Source: Holosporales bacterium
Lineage (GTDB): Bacteria > Pseudomonadota > Alphaproteobacteria > JAJTHO01
DNA length: 64,000 bases
Assembly: GCA_046338525.1 (NCBI GenBank)
Contig: JBKDWF010000022.1
Coordinates: forward strand, 3,304 to 67,303
Direction: 5' to 3'
This document shows, in pieces, positions 61,174-64,000 of this stretch. Numbering within the stretch: the first letter of the stretch is position 1; the number at the start of each line of letters is the position of its first letter. The notes beneath the pieces are model-generated. The model searched no databases. It saw nothing but the letters and a program-made list of their open reading frames with translations, and had not been told where the DNA came from. The translations under genes and the position numbers were made by a program.

Positions 61174-63315
61174 TCATTCCGTTACTAGCTTTTTGAGTTC
61201 TTTGGCTGCGTTGTGTATATCGTGTGCCGTCTGTTTCATATTGCTAATACCTTTTTCCGTTTCCAGCATGTCGCCAGAAACTTCCAAAAGGTGCAGCGCA
61301 AGTCGGCCCAGTTGAAAACCGGCTTGCTGTAGGCGGGAATATTGGCCAACAAAAGCCTCGCGCACCTGAAGGAGAAGAGCGGTAAGGGCATTCAAATGGC
61401 TATGGCTGTTGGTAATGCTGGCACTTGCGTCGGTGGTGACACGCACGGCTTCCTCAAGCATGCCTAAGGCCAAGCGCAAATCAACGGCGACAAAATCCAG
61501 TGCTTCGCTCAACTGAGTGACGGTTTTTGAAAGTAGATGAACATCTTTTGGAGATGTTGTGATCTCAGCAAGCATGAGCGCTAAATCCCCTTCGCCCCTA
61601 GAAACAAGAGCCTTTGCCCCGGCAGTAAAGCCTTTATTTTCTAGGTGTTGTAGGCTGAGGGAATCTTCAAGTTCTGCCATAAAGCCGCGCAATGCACCGT
61701 TTGCCTTGGAAAAGCGAGCTACGCCCATACGACTCGCCTGCAGTTTAAGCAGTACAGAAGCCCTCGCTTTTTCAACAATTCCTAAGGCATCGCTGGTGGC
61801 TTTGCTATCAGCTTGGCCTGTTTCTAATTGCGTGGTGATTTCTTGTAATGCCGTAGAGCTATCTTGCACGGCCTTGCGGCTTTCTTCGGCAAATGTGCCG
61901 CTTTCTCGTGCCCGGTCGCTGGCCCGGCGTGTGCTATCGGTGATTTTTTCGGCGAGGGTAAGAAAATCACTGCTGCATTGTAGTAATAGCTCAATTTTGG
62001 GGAGATAAGGTCGTGCTGCCGGGGCAATTTGGTAGATGATTGCCGGTTCCGTCTCTTCATGATGATGCCGATTGAAGATATGGTGGGTTGTGGCATTGCT
62101 GGGTGTGAAAGATTGGGTGGCATCAACAATGTTCGCGCCGGATACCACAGGGTTATCGATAGTGCCAAGCAATTGGTTTTGCGCACGTTCCAAGAAGGCA
62201 TTTAGGCTTCGGGCTAGTACGCCAATATCATCGCGGCGATTCATGCACGGCACCGGGGCACGCTTGCGGGTGATAAGACCGTGACTTAAATAGCTTACAA
62301 GAGCATAAAAAGGCTTTTGAAATTGAGTATAAACATGAATAAAACTATAGCATAGTCCAATCCCCAGCACGACATAGCCAATAAGCAAGAACAGGTGCAT
62401 CCGTTTGAATGATCTCTCAATAAATTGATTATCTGCCTGATCCGTTGTCGCTTTCCATTCAGTGCCTAGTAAGGGATTGACGGCTTTTAGAACATCTTGG
62501 GTTGCGGTATTACTGAAGTCTCCTGATGCTTTTACCGCTGCGGCGCGATTTTCCACTAGGGAATCAAAATCGCGATAAAGATTATTTATAATTCCTCTAA
62601 TTTCAAGTACTTGCTTGTCTATTTGAGGGTCGCTATAGCTAGAGAGGGCGTTGATGGTGTTTTCTAATTGCAGGAAATTTTGCCGAGATTCGGCGATCAT
62701 CTCTCGCTCTCCGGTGATGGCATAACGGATCACCGAGGTAATAGCAGTATTAAAGACAAGCAGAAGATCGTTGCCCAACGGTTTGGCGGCAGTGTTTTTT
62801 GTGCTTTTAGCCGGGCGCAACTCAACAGTTAAATCATTAATTAACAAGGCTTTATTGAGAATTTGGCTGGTGTATGGTAGGAAGGTGCGCTCGGCGGTAT
62901 CCTGCAACGCCAAAATCGGCTGAGCCGCTGTGTCCACCATTTTGAGGAGTTGTTTGCGGTTTTCATCGGCTTGACGTAGGGCATCGATCCACGCTTGTTC
63001 CCGTGCAGCAGCGTTGAGATCGTAAAGGAAAGTTTCCCACTCTTTATCGTTTTTGTTAAAATCATCCAGTGCGCCGACGGTGCGGACGGTGAAAAAGGTG
63101 CGTAGGCTGTTCTCCCACGCCGTAAAACGGCGATCGATGTTAACCGCTTGAAGAACGTCTAAGTCATTGCCAAAACGGGGAAAAAAGTACTTAAAATACT
63201 CCACCCGGCGCAAATCCATGGTGATAATCAGCAGCACCAGCAACGGCAAGGCATAAGCCAAGCCGTAACTTATGTACATTCGCAGCGATAACGCACCTGG
63301 GGCATTTTTTTTCAT
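61174..63315 (-). CDS. HAMP-domain membrane protein with MCP-like topology (TM1, ~280-aa periplasmic domain, TM2, HAMP, long coiled-coil) lacking a canonical MCP signalling domain
   Basis: 713 aa with TM1 'LAYALPLLVLLIITM', TM2 'LFLLIGYVVLGIGLCYSFI', and HAMP signature 'RRDDIGVLARSLNAFLERAQ'. The C-terminal ~370 aa are heptad-rich, but the conserved MCP tip motif is not found. An A8 homopolymer sits right after the start codon. Confidence 0.6.
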   Translation of the reverse strand: MKKNAPGALSLRMYISYGLAYALPLLVLLIITMDLRRVEYFKYFFPRFGNDLDVLQAVNIDRRFTAWENSLRTFFTVRTVGALDDFNKNDKEWETFLYDLNAAAREQAWIDALRQADENRKQLLKMVDTAAQPILALQDTAERTFLPYTSQILNKALLINDLTVELRPAKSTKNTAAKPLGNDLLLVFNTAITSVIRYAITGEREMIAESRQNFLQLENTINALSSYSDPQIDKQVLEIRGIINNLYRDFDSLVENRAAAVKASGDFSNTATQDVLKAVNPLLGTEWKATTDQADNQFIERSFKRMHLFLLIGYVVLGIGLCYSFIHVYTQFQKPFYALVSYLSHGLITRKRAPVPCMNRRDDIGVLARSLNAFLERAQNQLLGTIDNPVVSGANIVDATQSFTPSNATTHHIFNRHHHEETEPAIIYQIAPAARPYLPKIELLLQCSSDFLTLAEKITDSTRRASDRARESGTFAEESRKAVQDSSTALQEITTQLETGQADSKATSDALGIVEKARASVLLKLQASRMGVARFSKANGALRGFMAELEDSLSLQHLENKGFTAGAKALVSRGEGDLALMLAEITTSPKDVHLLSKTVTQLSEALDFVAVDLRLALGMLEEAVRVTTDASASITNSHSHLNALTALLLQVREAFVGQYSRLQQAGFQLGRLALHLLEVSGDMLETEKGISNMKQTAHDIHNAAKELKKLVTE

Positions 63316-63326
63316 AATAAAGCCCT

Positions 63327-63617
63327 CTAGGAGTTTGTTAAATCACGGTAATCGTCTTTACTTGTTTCCACTACATTGGGATTTTTTCTATTGTTATACT
63401 CATTGAGGTATTCTTCTACATAGCTCCATAACATGGCCGCAAGCCCTAACAAGAAGAAGCACACTACAATAAATAAAACTAATGAGACTAAGAATTGCCC
63501 CACAGTAAATAATAAAAGACCCAGCACCACCAGCAGCGGCACCCCCACGGCAACAATACCAGCTTTTAAGATTATTTCTTTGTTTTTATTGAAAAAATCT
63601 TGAATCGGTGCGGGCAT
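63327..63617 (-). CDS. Small two-TM membrane protein
   Basis: 96 aa with two long hydrophobic helices ('ILKAGIVAVGVPLLVVLGLLLF', 'LVLFIVVCFFLLGLAAMLW'). Lies 12 nt upstream of, and co-directional with, the HAMP protein gene. Confidence 0.5.
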   Translation of the reverse strand: MPAPIQDFFNKNKEIILKAGIVAVGVPLLVVLGLLLFTVGQFLVSLVLFIVVCFFLLGLAAMLWSYVEEYLNEYNNRKNPNVVETSKDDYRDLTNS

Positions 63618-63733
63618 GGGATATCCTTTTCCATGGTTCTTGTGGAGGTTTCATAGCATTGGAAAAAGGTGTTGCCTAGCGGGTTTGATAGTAGTATATT
63701 TGCATTAAATTTATTATATATTATAGGTGACTT

Positions 63734-64000
63734 ATGCGGTGGGAACCTTTAGCATTGATTGGCGTTTCTGTTGTTGGTTTGGCAGCATCACGTGTGCAAT
63801 TTCCTCACTCCCCCCCCCCCCGCTTCGAGAAGGAATGCTACATCGAGAGTTAACAACTATTTTTGATGAAAAAAGCAATCCCCATCAGCTCTATTGTTCT
63901 TACAAAAATGGTCCTGTTGGTGGATTATTTCTTCCTACTGATCCAGGTAGTAATACTGCTGTTTCGTCTAGAGGTTCTATATTGGTGCGAAGGGATAAAG
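63734..64000 (+). pseudogene. Signal-peptide ORF interrupted by a C12 homopolymer (frameshift relative to the long downstream reading frame); candidate phase-variable gene, partial at window end
   Basis: ATG at 63734 with an upstream 'aggtga' encodes 'MRWEPLALIGVSVVGLAASRVQFPHSPPP' and then hits a stop at 63851. A C12 tract lies at 63810-63821. The frame offset by +1 nt is open from 63727 to the window end (>90 codons). 13 C or 10 C would fuse the two. Confidence 0.45.

Noticed and set aside
61174-63315. Calling the 713-aa HAMP protein a methyl-accepting chemotaxis protein
   Set aside because: Topology and HAMP fit, but the highly conserved MCP signalling-tip sequence could not be found by eye. 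Kept as a HAMP coiled-coil protein of unknown output.

Overview
This window reads as chromosomal DNA from a moderately GC-rich, alphaproteobacterium-like genome. The lineage call rests on a short C-terminal-only HprK, an AddB with the 'DYKTG' nuclease C-terminus, ThyX, an EIIA-Man/HPr/EI nitrogen-type PTS, and a CIRCE element upstream of groESL. Most of the window is core housekeeping: zapE, a DAACS symporter, terC, csrA, flgB/flgC/fliE, hscA, purC/purS, ffh, a hybrid histidine kinase, the PTS genes, an SLT lytic transglycosylase, a class A PBP, a parvulin PPIase, thyX, addB, fdxA, trpC, glnD, ybaB, recR, uvrB, dcd, tsf, rpsB, hprK, two amino-acid ABC permeases, a partial tad locus, glmM, ilvE, tig, tRNA-Leu(UAG), ilvC, pheST, gatC and groESL. 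Interspersed with these are at least four short repeat families (A: a ~180-250 bp MITE-like element with 20-bp terminal inverted repeats, 4-5 copies; B, C, D: palindromic intergenic elements). Copies of these repeats often abut the stop codons of genes and coincide with broken operons (purS without purQL, addB without addA, gatC without gatAB). Accessory content: a type I secretion system (HlyB-like ABC transporter with a degenerate C39-like domain, plus HlyD) preceded by a TPR-methyltransferase fusion protein. The most interesting stretch is 56-64 kb. It holds two identical tRNA-Leu(CAA) genes in direct repeat flanking an AT-rich 1.9-kb cassette (a beta-barrel outer membrane protein and a membrane-anchored LytTR regulator with direct-repeat operator candidates). 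Beyond that are an orphan GTA/phage-type NlpC/P60 peptidase, an acidic proline-rich protein, a HAMP-containing protein with MCP topology but no canonical MCP signalling domain, and a signal-peptide ORF interrupted by a 12-C homopolymer, which is a candidate phase-variable switch. All coordinates and domain calls come from reading the sequence and the six-frame translations; no database search was run.
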